This document shows, in pieces, positions 48,923 to 61,875 of a stretch of 64,000 nucleotides of DNA (positions are counted from its first letter, which is position 1; every line of letters starts with the position of its first letter). A program made the translations under genes and the position numbers. The stretch is from Ramazzottius varieornatus (taxonomy: Eukaryota > Animalia > Tardigrada): positions 827,759 to 891,758 of the forward strand of contig BDGG01000016.1 of the NCBI GenBank assembly GCA_001949185.1. The letters run 5' to 3'. The notes below the pieces were generated by a model, which did not search any database, was not told where the DNA came from, and saw only the letters and a program-made list of their open reading frames with translations.

Positions 48923-50441
48923 ATGGGTAACGAACCTTCAAGCGAAAAGTTGGATAGCTCGATGAAGAAGCAAGCGCCTGCTCCTCCGCCAGTGCCGCCT
49001 CGTCCACGAACAGGTATTTTCCACACCGCGCACTGACGTGATATAACCAGTGTATCAGCACGGCTCACGGCATGGCGTAATGCGCGACTTGATCGGAATG
49101 GCCCACTTTATTGGATATGACTGACTTCTGGACTTTTTCTGGATCTTATTTTCTTTCTCCGCTTCCAGTGGCTTCAGGACCATTTTCCAATGGAAACACC
49201 AACCCTGAGGCACCCCCAGCGTACGACGATATTTTCGGTCCCTCGCCCAGCTCGACACCACGCAGCTCCATACAGTCCAACAGCGTTTCTCACTCTTCAT
49301 CCACACAATTCGCAGGTTGGTTTTTCCTTCTTCCTCTCGTGTTTCGCCAAGTGAAACTAAATGTGTAATTTTCAACAGGCAATGCTTTCCCCACGTCCAC
49401 ATCACAGCAGTTCACAGCTCAGTCTCCTGTCTCAAATGGACCTTGGAATACGGCTCCCGCGCCACAGAACTTCCCTCCTCATGCGCCGAACTGGCAGAAA
49501 CAGCAGGAGAAAGAAGAACTTCGCATGTGGTTCTCCGCAGTCGATGAGAACAAGTGAATATTTGGATTAAAGCCTTGGGCCCAATTAAACTCCTTGTGTC
49601 AACAAGGAACTTGTTTTCATATCCTTGTTTGATTTTAGTGACGGTTATATTACCACAGTAGAGCTTCAACACGCTCTGTTGAACGATAACTGGACACCAT
49701 TCAATATGGACACCATCAAGATGATGCTGAAAATGTTCGACCGGAATTTCAACGGTAATACATAAAATATATGAGACGTTGACAAATAAATTCACCCAGA
49801 TCGGAAGTGGCGCACGTTCTCATTATCGTTGGCTGATGGCGTTCGTCACTTGGGATTGTGATCTGCGTGTTTAAATTTTTGCCGATGTCCTATATCGGAA
49901 TAATTTTTCCTAATTCCTTTCCGCCGTTAACGAAGAGATCTCGGCCTGTTCTCAGTTTGAATTTCAACAGATCGGATAGAGTTCGATGAGTTCGCCGGAC
50001 TCAAACGTTACGTGCAGGTAAGACCAAAAGGTTCTTCGTCCGTGCACTGTAATTTCAACGATGTGGGTTCGTCTTAGGAATGGAAGAAGATCTTCGACCA
50101 GTACGACGACGATCGTTCGGGCACGATCGACGTTACCGAACTACAGAAAGCATTCCAAGGAATGTCGTTCACATTCTCCCTCGATTTCTGCTCGGCACTA
50201 TGCCGACGCTTCAGCACTTCCTCTCCTAACCAAATTAATCTTGACGCCTTCATATACGCTTCCGGTTTGTCCACCATTCGCGATTCGGTACGTACTCATA
50301 GGTGACGTTGTGATTGACTTTGTGTGTCTCTGTGTTACAGCTATGGTCACTGCCATATCGAAGGACCACGCAAGAGCTGCCAGAGACGGGACCACACTAG
50401 AAACCTTTCTGCAAAGATGGCTCGCGTCCGGATCGAAGTGA
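48923..50441 (+). CDS. Penta-EF-hand protein (ALG-2/peflin-like) with Pro-rich N-terminus
   Basis: 7 exons: WFSAVDEN|NDGYITTVELQHAL..NWTPFNMDTIKMMLKMFDRN..|..EFDEF..|EWKKIFDQYDDDRSGTIDVTELQKAF. Confidence 0.85.
49771..49892. repeat. Fold-back family A copy (PEF intron 49755-49970)
   Basis: ttcacccagatc..aagtggcgcac-N25-gttcgtcacttggg. Confidence 0.8.
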
Positions 50442-51260
50442 GACCAATTTTGCCGTGCAGCTGACAAAATGTACAGACTGATCTTCGATACCTTCGCAGT
50501 TTACAGTAGCTCATCTAATCGCTCTTCCATAGCTCAGTTTCCCCTTGCCCAGATTTTGGTTATTTTCAAGTTTTGTACGTTTGACGTTTCAGTTTTCTGG
50601 GTCCATTCCCCTCAAATTTCATAGCCGGTATTTCTGATTTTCGAAATCAAACTTTCACGATGTTCATATTGTGCCGAAGGCCAAGATAGAACAAGCATAC
50701 TTTTGAAAAACTTTTCTCTTATGCTAAAATTTCGACTGATGTGTCGAAGAACGAGTACCCAGCTTCGCATCAGGTCTTGGATTCGGGAGACCGAGATACA
50801 GGCCGACCGGTGCCAGTGGTTGATGCCTGTTTCAGACGAATGCAAAAACTGTCCGTGAATACAGTACTGCAAAATGAGCTTCGGGAACACCACCGGAATC
50901 TCCTAGATGATAACGAAGGATGGAAAGGCTTCTTCCCTGCTACTGCTATTTACGTAACGTCTAAACCATATCCTCCTTGTTGGCAAACTCAGCTATCGAG
51001 AAGACTTCTTCGTGCCTGAAACCAATTCAAATGCATGGACGGAGGATGACGGTCAGGGGCCCTGCAAAACTGACTTTTATCGTACCAGCACTCGCCACTT
51101 TTTTTGTCAATAATTGAGATCAGATTGTCATCAGATCCTACAGTGGGATTTTGTTTTGGTTTTTATGGCACACCGTTCGGCGATCTCTGATGGCGGACTT
51201 GAGGGGGAAATGTCATAAAGGAGGCTTTCCGAATGATTGCTGATTACTAGTTACTACTAG

Positions 51261-51456
51261 TACACGCACAACTGGAAATTATGGGGCCAGTAAAAATTAT
51301 GGGACCAGGCGGCAAAATGGAAATTCAAACGTAGAAAAGTGTCCAAAAGTGCATTACTATGAATTGGTCACGTACATATGTGCTTCCGTACCGCCGTAGC
51401 GAAAAGGCCTGGTCCCATAGTTTTTACTGGCCCCATAATTTTCCGGCGTGCGTGTA
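51261..51456. mobile_element. MITE family B, short (196 bp) copy upstream of GTF2H4
   Basis: TIRs tacacgcac..ggccagtaaaaa / tttttactggcc..gtgcgtgta; internal ccgccgtagcgaaaaggcctggtcc essentially identical to the 854-1300 copy. Confidence 0.85.
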
Positions 51457-51605
51457 GTTTAATCCTTTCCGTTGTGAAAATTTTTATGTAGATCCGGAGG
51501 ATGGACTTTTCTCTGATTGTCCTCTTGATTGCAGAATGCTAATCTCTGAGATCTGAGCTACCCTACTAGAATCTAGGAACGATCTGGAGGAAGGGTCGGC
51601 TCAGC

Positions 51606-53426
51606 ATGACCATGGTCGCGAGTGATGGATATCAGTCGATCGACCACAAGAATCTGTACAGCTACCTGACGACTCTTCCCAGCAGCATGCTGGAGAATCT
51701 CTACAAGCATCCCAACCCCTGCCTCTGCATGGCCATCTTCCGCGATCTGGTTCCGATGGCGCAGAAATTCGTCCTTCGACAACTATTTATCGATCAAGTT
51801 CTACCCAAGTCCGCTCTCCTAGCGTGGATCACTCCTGACGGCCGGAAAGATCACGACGACGCCGTCCGGCTTCTGATTGAGCTGAGAATATGGAGTGAAG
51901 CACCGTCGTCGGCTGGTCTGATGGGGTGGAAGCTCAACGAACATTTTCGAAAAGGCATCCAAGCCGTCGTCGTTGGTGGTGGACCATCGTGGGGCGGAGA
52001 TGTTACGCCAACAGCGGAAGAAACAACTCCAGTGTACGATTAAACTATTTGGCCTAAGACTAACTCAAGTTTCTTCATGGTTGGTCATACGCTTTTATTT
52101 GTGCCCGCAAGCCGCATCGCAGACGACTGTTAATTTTGTACCCAACGGCCAACTATAGGATGAAGGTCTTGAATTTCCTGTCTTCTTCCAACGTTTCCTT
52201 GATTGCACGTTCTTTACGATATGTGTCTTATTCTTCTTCTTGTAGAGACGTTGCTTTCCTCGAGAAGTATGCAAGGGATCAATGGGAGCACGTCCTACAT
52301 TACCTAGCCGGACTAAAGACGCGACAGACAGCTTCGCATGTTGTGGACGTATTGGCCACGGCTGGACTTGTTAGAGGGTACGATCACTAAAAGAAACCTT
52401 CGAAAACATATTTTTAAACTTCTTCTGTACATAAACGAATATTCGTGGGTTGTATGTCGCAGTATCTTACAGGGGCAACGAGAGAGATGGCGGCATAACA
52501 CAGAACGGCTTCCGGTTCTTACTGATGGACACGCCGAGTCAAGTCTGGCGATTCGTCCTGTCGTACCTACAAACCACCCAGAAATGGAACATGGATCTCA
52601 TCGAGTGTATTTCGTTCATTTTCCAACTGAGCTTCTCTCAAACTGGAAAGGTTAGAATTTACTTTAGGTTTCTCAGTGGTACATATGTATCTCGTGTGTT
52701 TTACGAATGTGGATTTCTTACAGCATTATTCGTCCAGTGGGTTCTCCGATAACCAGATGAAAATGCTGCAGCATTTCCGTGATTACGGACTAGTCTACAT
52801 GAGAAGCGGGAAAAGACCTTCTTCGAGGTTCTACCCTACGAATCTCGTCATGAACCTCAGCGGTGGCGCAAGCTCCACGAACGCGAGCTTCGCAGAAGGA
52901 TACATCGTCGTGGAGACGAACTATCGAATTATAGCGTATACCGACTCTCCGCTGAAAATAGCTGTCGTCAGTTATTTTTCCGAGATGTTATACCGGTAAG
53001 AAGAGCGGTCTTTGGTTCGGCGATGTTTTTCTAAAGTGTTTTAGTGTTAGGTTTCCCAATTTGGCCATCGGGATCCTGACGCGCGAAAGTATTCGCAATG
53101 CATTGGCGAAAGGTATTACAGCCGACGAAATTATCCGCTTCTTGCGGATGCATGCTCATCCGCAAATGCGGGAGAGCAGTCCAATCCTGCCCAGCACTCT
53201 GACCGATCAAATAAAGCTGTGGGAGATGGAGCGGGCCCGCTTTGAGTTCACCGACGGGGTCCTCTACAACCAGATCAACAGCGTCAAGGACTACGAGCTT
53301 TTACGCAATTATGCAAATGACCTGGGAGTTAATGTGTTGAGTAACAACGATAAACGACTCCTGGTGGTAACCACCGAAGGTCATGTGCCCGTCAGGGCTT
53401 TTTGGAAACGTCAGAAAAAAGAATGA
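51606..53426 (+). CDS. GTF2H4: TFIIH subunit 4 (p52/Tfb2)
   Basis: [34 protein letters not shown], [16 protein letters not shown] segment, [43 protein letters not shown]; 5 exons. Confidence 0.95.
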
Positions 53427-53734
53427 GCGTGAGTGACGTTATAACTCATCGCTTTTGAGTATTTTACTACCTGTTGTCAGCCTCCATTGCTCTGTGATAC
53501 AGTTTTTACTTTGTCTTTGTCTTCTGCGAACCCACTGTCGCGACTTTCTGCTTGTGGAAAACATGCATCGCGCTAATAAAGAAGGAACTTATGTCAAAAA
53601 GAGGCCAGACCTGGCTTTCGAACTCTTATCACATGTGAGCTCCACCCACCACGATATTCGGAGTGCTCACCAGGTTTGTGCTGTCCAATAGAGCTCAGGC
53701 ACCTTGTTAAGGTAGCCAGATTGAGTCTACCTCT

Positions 53735-53795
53735 ATGTCACGTGGTACAGCGGGCGGGCATTCAACATTTTCGTGGCACGTGACGATGACGTCAA
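53735..53795. promoter_or_regulatory. Candidate E-box/CRE cluster upstream of ACSL
   Basis: gtcacgtgg (~53737), gcacgtga (~53776) and tgacgtca (~53787) within 60 bp; function is inferred only. Confidence 0.3.
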
Positions 53796-54344
53796 ACATC
53801 AGCACAGCCCTGACAATCGGGATCCTATTTGCATCTCATACGAATGCTACGGCAGCAGTTTCGATCGACCGCTTTGCAAAACACTTTGCAAGCTCACAGC
53901 CTTCCTTGTGTAAACAATGCGTATGGAGAGATCAGTGGTACCAAACGCAATTTTGAAGAAATCCCTCCATTGAAGACGCTCCATCACGGGATATCTTGTT
54001 ACACAGAAGGAGGTCGCAAGGCGGTGGAAACAAACGTGGAGCAATAATTTGATGTGCCCTGCCCATCGATCACGCCATCCGTCTGCTCGTACATCTCCCC
54101 CGTCTAGCACTCGCATCACGAGGAATCATCTCTGTTCGGTAGGTCAAGTTCTCCGTAAAGACGCTTTGTACCGATTTTGTCGTTTCCATCGACCGTGTAA
54201 TTACTTGTCCAAGTTCCCGAGAGAGCCTAATTATCATACGAATCTTCTAATTTGTTTTCAGGTTCGAAATCTTCGAACTTTGATTCGGACTGATCAAGGA
54301 AAAGCCGTCAATCATCCAAGTTTGCATAGTCATCGTCTCGGACC

Positions 54345-57300
54345 ATGGAGGATCTTATTCCCTCAGTCAGCCTCGGAGCTGCCGCGACCATCGCCACTGC
54401 CGCTGGTCTTGCATATTACTGCCTAACTTCCCAGGAGGAACCAGCGCACACAGTCGTTCCCGTCGATGATCAATCCGTTGCTGTGGACGTGAGAACTTTA
54501 CGGTTCGGAAGAGTGATCACATGCCTGATGGTTCTTGTCTGTTCTTCTAGGGTAATCCGCATATCCGCGCTTCCAAATTAGTACCTCCTGGGACCTTTGT
54601 CGAGTATATGTACGAGGATACTAAGACGCTTTATGAGTCCTTCCAACGAGGCTTGAGACAGTCGAAGAATGGCCCATGTTTGGGATATCGTCCCGGTGGG
54701 AAGGGCGCTTACGAATGGATCAGTTATAAGGAGATGTTCGAACGCGCCTCGTATATTGGCTCGGCTTTGATACGAAAAGGCGTGAAAGCGGACAACTCCA
54801 CATGTGTCGGCGTGTTTTCCAGAAATCGACCAGAAGTACGACGATTATTTTTGCGTAAGGTATTCTGAGATATGTTTCGATGATTACTTTTTCCAGTGGA
54901 TCATTACGGAAGTGGGGTTGTACTCCTATTCCATGGTGGTTGTCCCGATCTACGATACTTTGGGCAAAGAAGCATGCAGCCACATTATTTATCAAGCGGA
55001 GATTTCTGCGGTGATTTGCGATCGGAATGAGCAAGCGTTGATCTTGGTCAGACTGGCCGAATCCACACCAGTGCTGAAATACATCATCATTATGGACCAA
55101 GCCTCTGATGAGCTGCTAGCGGAATGCAAAAAAGCAAGAATTGAGCTGTGCCAGTTTGACGATATGCTAAAACTTGGCAAAGAGCATCTCGTTCCTGTTA
55201 AAGTAAGCTAATTTCTTCCATCATTCCTCAAAACCAGAGGGAAGCTCGGCAAACAAACTCGATCCGATTGTTTCCCTAGTGGCGCACTTTTCTAGCCGAT
55301 AACACTGCGGTCGTACGCCACTTGATACGAACTTGCCTAGCTTCCAAAATTCAAACGTTTGCTGGCGTCGTTTAAAATATTACTGTTCATTTTTAGCCCT
55401 CGAAACCTGACGATATTGCCACGATCTGCTACACGAGCGGTACGACCGGAACTCCGAAAGGAGTGATGCTAACGCACAAGAATGTGATCGCCGCTGTTAG
55501 CGCCACAAAAATGCAGATCACGGTGGAAGTTGGTCCGAAACAAGACGACTGCATGATATCGTTTCTTCCACTCAGCCACATGCTTGTAAGTGGTACGGAG
55601 TACTTCAAATGTTCTGAGTATTCTTATTGAAGTTTTCTACGAGTCCACTGAATCAGTTTGTGTTTTTCCTTTTGTAGGAACGTTGCTGCGAGGTTCGTGA
55701 GTACACTCCTTTTGTTTTCTTGCGCGAATATTTTCTGTTGTTAGACTTCAAAGAAAAAAGCGGTCCAGGCATGAGGGTACACAGTTCGAGAGACAAACTA
55801 TGGCTTTGGGCAAAGGTGTCAAAACATCTAGATGAACGTAATGAGCTTTGATGGTTATCCAACTTGTCGTTCAGATGGTAGACGACATTTAGAATAACCA
55901 CCAGGGAAAAGACGTCTTGATCGCTTTCAGTTGTGCACGTGAGTAGCCTAATTAGACCCTACACTAGCAACTTCTGCTCGTTCTCCAGACTGCTGTCTAC
56001 ATGGAAGGAGGCAAGGTCGGCTTCTACAGCGGCGATATCAAGAAGCTGAATGAAGACATGCAGGCGCTGCGGCCGACGTGCGCCGCTGTGGTTCCCCGGT
56101 TGCTGAACCGCATCAATGACACGGTCCATGGCAAGGTCAAGGGTTCTTGGCTGAAGCAAACGATTCTCAACGTTGGTGTCTGGTTCAAAGAGCGGGATCT
56201 GTACAAGTGAGTACATACTATACCCATACAATATGGAAAATACTGTAGAAAATTGGATCGTTACCTCTTCTTCTGTACGATTACCTGCAAAATCTAGAAA
56301 ACTTCTAGGTCAAGACACATGATTGAAACTGAAGTCACGTCGATGGTGTTTTACTGCTTTTCGTTTCTGTGTTTTAGTCGTGTGATCACCAAGTCCACAT
56401 TCTGGGATCGACTCATCTTCAAGAAGGTCCAGGCGCAGATGGGCGGCCAGATGCGGTTCATGATTGTCGGAAGCGCTCCACTGTCGCCCAGTGTAAGTTG
56501 TCCCACGAAGTCTGCTGGTTGGATTCCACTATGTATAACTTCTAACACGCGATGGTTGAAGCTGAACGGTTGGTTTTCCAGGTTATGAGGTTCTGCCGAG
56601 TGGCGTTGGGTTGTTCGCTTATGGAAGGATATGGGCAAACGGAGTGTGTGGCCCCTTGTTCTATCAACATCCATGGCGACATCAATCCCGGTAAGATCGA
56701 ATTTCGAAGTGTGCTTTCGATTTCCGTTCAACAGCCAGTTTTCGAGTGGAAATCATCCCCAATGCTTCTCTTGGTTTAGATGATATGGAAGGCACAAGTG
56801 GGCATGTGGGTCCTCCCATTCCCTGTTCCGTCATCAAGCTGTGCGACGTCCCGGAAATGAATCTGGTTCCTGAACGCGACGGACTTGGCGAAGTAAGGTC
56901 GACCGGGGATGACTGAGATCAGTTTGTTAGTGTTTGCCGATGATGAGAACAAGTCTGAGGCAGTGGCGTGTTTCGTTCGTCGTAGATTTGCGTGAAGGGC
57001 ACGAACATATTCATAGGCTACTTCAAGGAACCCGAGAAGACTCGCGAGGTCCTCGATGACGAAGGCTGGTTACACACCGGTGACATTGGTCGGTGGTCTC
57101 GCAATGGCTGTCTGCGGATAGTCGACCGAAAAAAGCACATCTTCAAGCTGTCACAGGGCGAATATATCGCTCCGGAAAAGATTGAATCGGTATATGTCAA
57201 GAATGCCTGTGTCAACCAGATATACGTGTACGGCGACAGCCTCAAGGTAATGTCTGCTTCCCTTGATTGTCCCTAAGATCGAAGTGCTAGTTGGAGTGTA

Positions 57301-57965
57301 TAACTGACACCGGTCCTCCTTCCAACAGTCCGTTCTAATCGGTATTGTGGTACCGGAAGAGACTGTCCTCCAAAGATGGGCCTCCGGTGAAGGCATCGAA
57401 GGGACCTTCGCCCAGCTTTGTAGTAATCCGAAGACAAAGGAGATGTTGATGAAAGAACTGGGGAAGGAAGCCAAAGCAGCTGGACTTCATTCCTTTGAGC
57501 AGGTGAACAATTTTTCCAGGTGTTTGTTGGAAATGGAGATAACTGGAACCGTGGCAAAAACATTCTCCACGAGATCGTTTTTTTGAACGGCGGATACTAT
57601 AAGCTAGTAACAATGAAAACTTGCGCCACTTGGGAAAACAACGAAACTCAACACATCGTTTTTCCGCGTGGCGCAGGGTTCCAGCCAGAAACACTGGATA
57701 CGTGCGCCACTTGGAAAAATAATGTTGCTGAGTTGGTTTGCCGCGTTCCCAGCTCAGAATAAACACCCTCTCCGGTTGGGAATTCGCCGAGATACGGATA
57801 TGGGGTCTAATCACTCGGTGCTCACAGGTCAAAGATCTGCTTGTAATACCCGAGCCATTCTCCATTGAGAACGACATGCTTACTCCGACGCTAAAGACGA
57901 AGCGCAATGTTATCAAGAAAAATTTCCAAAAGCAGCTCGACGATCTGTATTCCAAGTTTGATTAG
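54345..57965 (+). CDS. ACSL: Long-chain fatty acyl-CoA synthetase (ACSL1/5/6 type)
   Basis: N-terminal [37 protein letters not shown]|[59 protein letters not shown]. Confidence 0.93.
55238..55347. repeat. Fold-back family A copy (ACSL intron 55203-55396)
   Basis: ctagtggcgcac-N25-gtacgccacttg. Confidence 0.8.
57543..57752. repeat. Fold-back family A, dimeric copy (last ACSL intron)
   Basis: Two cores 81 bp apart with 25-bp spacers; outer arms ..gtggcaaaa / tttgccgcgttccc. Confidence 0.8.
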
Positions 57966-58327
57966 ATGTCAGGCAGCTAAGATATCCACAAGTTCCTCGT
58001 TTCCAAGTGGTGATAATGCTTACCTCTCCGCGCGTGCGCAACTTTCGGTTCTCGTCGAGTTCCTACCTGGTTGTTTCCAGGTGACCTCTCGCAGCTATAT
58101 CTCACTGGCGACTACCTTCAATAATCTAATTTATTTCTAATTCATTGTTTCGTTGTTTGATGGAAATGATAAAATCTCTCTCCTTCGGCTTTCTTTCTCC
58201 GTTATTGAATCTTGACAATGCACATTGACCATCTCCAACTTATTTTGATTCTTGCTTGAGGTTACTTTTGACTTTGTTGTTTAGTGTTGCAACGTGGGTA
58301 TGATAAAGTGGAGTGGTTTGAGACGGA

Positions 58328-58535
58328 AGAAATGTTGGCAAATGAATTCTTCCGAATCGTTTTCCCAAGTGGCGCACGGTCTCGGCCACCAAAACTGAGA
58401 TTGTGCGCCGCTTGGAAAAACAAACAAAGTCGACCAGATCGCTTTGCAAGCGGCGCACAGTCTCCCCACACTATTAGTGAAAACGTGCGCCACCTGAGAT
58501 GTCGATTTGGGCAGAGTCGTTCGCCGACGTCCCAA
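58328..58535. repeat. Fold-back family A, dimeric copy (intergenic)
   Basis: Two cores 81 bp apart (spacers 25 and 26); ends in gccgacgtcccaa. Confidence 0.9.
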
Positions 58536-61145
58536 ACCATGTGAATGAATTAGCGGGTTTAGTGGGTGTTTTGACATGAGAGTCATGTTGCATTAGCGCC
58601 AGCGTGTGGCGGGCAGGAAGCCCAAAGTCCCAGCGTGGGGTCGATTACACGAACTCCCGGAGTCCAGGTACAATGGGCAGTAAGGCTTGGCAATAACAGG
58701 GAATTGCTCAGTGATCAAAGCCTAATTACCTACTGATCGCTGCGATTACCACAGATAAAAGAAGCCTGCGCAGTATGGCTGCCGCGCAATCGCCTTTTCA
58801 TTGGAAAGACCCTGATTACCTCCGCGAGGCTTTGGCTGACCCCATAAGCATGTTTCCCTTACGACAACTGAGATTTCATGACACCAACCAACAACGTTTC
58901 TGGCTCACGAATCTGTCATTCGAGTTCTACACGTATTGTAGAGAAATGTCAAATAGCACAGGTTTCCCCACTGCGCATTCAAGCTGTCCTGGATTTCAAA
59001 CCAAAAAAATCCCTGCTGCACAATGTCAGGAGGAGATTTAGAACAATCTGGCGGTTTTAACTCGGCTATACAATGAAAGTTGTATCTTTTTTTTCAAAAA
59101 CTATCGACGGTTCGTGAACCGCCCTTCACAAGACCTTGACGAGAGAAATCTCACCAGTATTTCAGTCGATGCATGGTTTCGCTTCGCGTAATGGCAGGTA
59201 TTTCAACCCGCAGGCGTTAAATGGAAGTCTAGGCACTTGGGATGAAATGAAGAAAAGAAAAGATAACTCGATGGTAAAGCTAATTGTGGAGCAATGGAAT
59301 CGTGAAAATGGTCGCGACCTGTCTTTGGCCAAAGAGATACAGTTGGCGCCTGTGGACTTTTCGCTTGATTTCTCTTGCTTGCTGACGCAGCGGGACATTT
59401 CGCGAACAATATCCATGCTCAAGCCGCCTATTCACCTCAGTCAAAGGCAATGAAAATTCTTCCCGGAAGAATCCACCGATCAGAAGGCTGAAGTCGCCTG
59501 TACTTGTGTAATTGTATGGTTGATTGGTTGAATCTGAGCAGTCTGAAGGATTCAACGCAGTCGGCCAGACTGCCTACGCCTACTCGATTAGGTACCTGCG
59601 TGACTGAGAGTAGGTTCTTCGCCTACGAGCTAATTGCATTTTGGTTTGCCGCCGATGGTTGTGTACGCACTTCAAAAATATTTGCAAGGAATAGAAATGA
59701 AGTGTCGTTCTTGTTGATGCGTGATAGTGCCAATGATTACACGGACAGTGGATCAATCAGTTGTGGAATAAGAAATCCCCCGCTGTGGCGGATTAATAAA
59801 GGAGTGCAGCCAGTACTTATAAAGATGAAAAATCATGCAGCGGAAAATTAGTCGGGAATCTGTTTGGATGGGGTGCCGGGCAGCCGTTCGCTCTTCCGTG
59901 CCTTGTATCCCCAATCGTGTTTTAATGCCGAGCTTGTGCAAACACAGCCCATGTAATCCTCGGTGACTTTCATTGTCCTTTAATGACTATTCCAAACACT
60001 CATCTCGCCGCCTGCCATTATCCATATCACTCACTTTGTCATAACCCATCTCCATTGCGTAAACTACATCTGCATGCAGAATTGATAGATTTGTAATTAT
60101 TACCTGGAAGATCAACAGAAACAATGGTCGGCGATCGTAGGAAAAACTCCAGGCACAGTATTCTGTAGAAAAACCTCGAATTCCCTTCTCTTCGTCCAAC
60201 TGTTGTGCTGAAGTTCTAATGTGTTGTATCCGTACTTAATATTGTTCTCCCATGTTAACGACTTGTGTTTTTTATGCTGGAGTGTCGGTACAACGAGTCG
60301 GACAGTTCGAATGAAGGTTTCAAAAGATGTACTCGTGGGCTGGTGCGTTGGCTTTATATTAGACTATAGCGCGTAAAATCGTGGCTGCGAACGTCTTGAG
60401 ATTTGGTAATCTTGGGTACTTCCGGGCCCGGCGGTAGAATATCGTCATACACTGTACGTGTTACGGTGACAGGTTGTTGACAGGTCACGGTGATCCCGAT
60501 CTCAATTAGCGAAGGAAACTGGCTGGAGCATTCTTAAGTCGTGGAGCGCTCTTTAAAGGTTACATTTCATGGTGATGAGCGGCGGAAATGGAAGGAAGGA
60601 AAAAGTGGAAAGCGATTGAATTTCAATCACTCTCAATCAAAAGCAAATGATAGCGGCCGTAACTGGAAGCTCTTTAGTCGATGAGCTTCTTGGCCGTAAA
60701 GAGTCGATAGAGTCCTCTTTTTAGGAGAAGTAATGAAAGCGGAGATTCGCCTCTTTGGCTCCCGCCATCATGATCCCATAAGGGACGGTGCATTATGGAT
60801 GATTAACTACTTTGCAGCTCTGATTTCAGCCACGGCACGCATGCCAAAGCCAGCGGAGGAAGATGAAACCCGAAGCTAACTATTGCCACGGGACTTGTCA
60901 GGTCAAGAGAAGTAAAAATTAATCTTTATTTTCTAGTGATTCGCTGTTTAGCTAAGCGCTGCTGACTACCAACATCGGCTCCGCTGGATTATCAACTAGC
61001 GAATTACGTGGCTGCGGGATCAATCGAGTAGGAGCAATGGCCCTACTAATGGCCTGTAAAGGGGCTGTTGATTGCTCTCTTCTCCCACGCACCCGTCCGA
61101 ATGATAGACGGAGTAGGCGTATTGTACCTACTGGGAGTTACCGCG

Positions 61146-61332
61146 TGGGAATATGCAGGCCAGTCTCCCAAGTTGCGCACGTTCTCAATGTTGTTGGCCA
61201 GATGCCTGCTCCACATGAAAAAACTCTAAATTTCTGTTCTAGTTTGTTTGTCAAGTGCCGCACGCATCCAGCCAACATTACTAAAACCGTGCGCCACTTG
61301 GAAATAATCTTGTCGATCTGTTTGGCAGGCTA
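61146..61332. repeat. Fold-back family A, dimeric copy (3' of Hmx)
   Basis: Two cores ~83 bp apart with 25-bp spacers. Confidence 0.75.
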
Positions 61333-61794
61333 CTGTTCTCTCCTTTTGAAAAATTCTTCGCAATTGGCCATAGGATTTTTCAATTTCTGATCTGTTTTGG
61401 CGTAATGAGTCCGCGGACGATTTTAGCGTTGAGGACCCTGGGCGCCCATTTGCCTCTTTGGCTTCATTAAATTTTAATTTGCACTCAATCACCGAGGCTG
61501 CCTGTCGCGTAAATAGATCGGATTCCATTTGTCAGGATCTCCGACAATCACCGCGACCATTTCCTCCTTATCACATCTCCCTCCGGCAACAGAGAAGCTG
61601 TTTTTACCACTTTCTTCCCTCCTGAGCCTGGGTTAAAACCGCATTTCCAATGAAAGATCGAAGCCATGGAATTGTTCTAGTTTTTCGTATGAGTGCCATC
61701 TTCCTAAACCTAGCAGAAATGGATCAGATAGAAATACGTGCTTGCTCCAGTTTTCATGATAGCCCTAAATGGCCAATGGCTTTACTTAGACCGT

Positions 61795-61875
61795 TATTTT
61801 ATTCCAAATTGCGCAAATTTGCCTGAGAACGTGCGGTACTTGGGGAAATTGTTATTTATCCGAGGTAATTTCCCA
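61795..61875. repeat. Fold-back family A, degenerate/deleted copy
   Basis: ccaaattgcgca..gagaacgtgcggtacttgggg. Confidence 0.4.

Noticed and set aside
26531-57827. Family A as a general introner (intron-creating element)
   Set aside because: Apart from the 20572 copy, element ends lie inside introns and do not coincide with splice sites; no consistent TSD could be read.
58240-58586. Short ORFs sharing peptides such as VAHV, VRHLGK, CATWEN (also 8145, 14852, 29857, 57520, 61037, 62270)
   Set aside because: These are translations of the family A palindrome, not a protein family.
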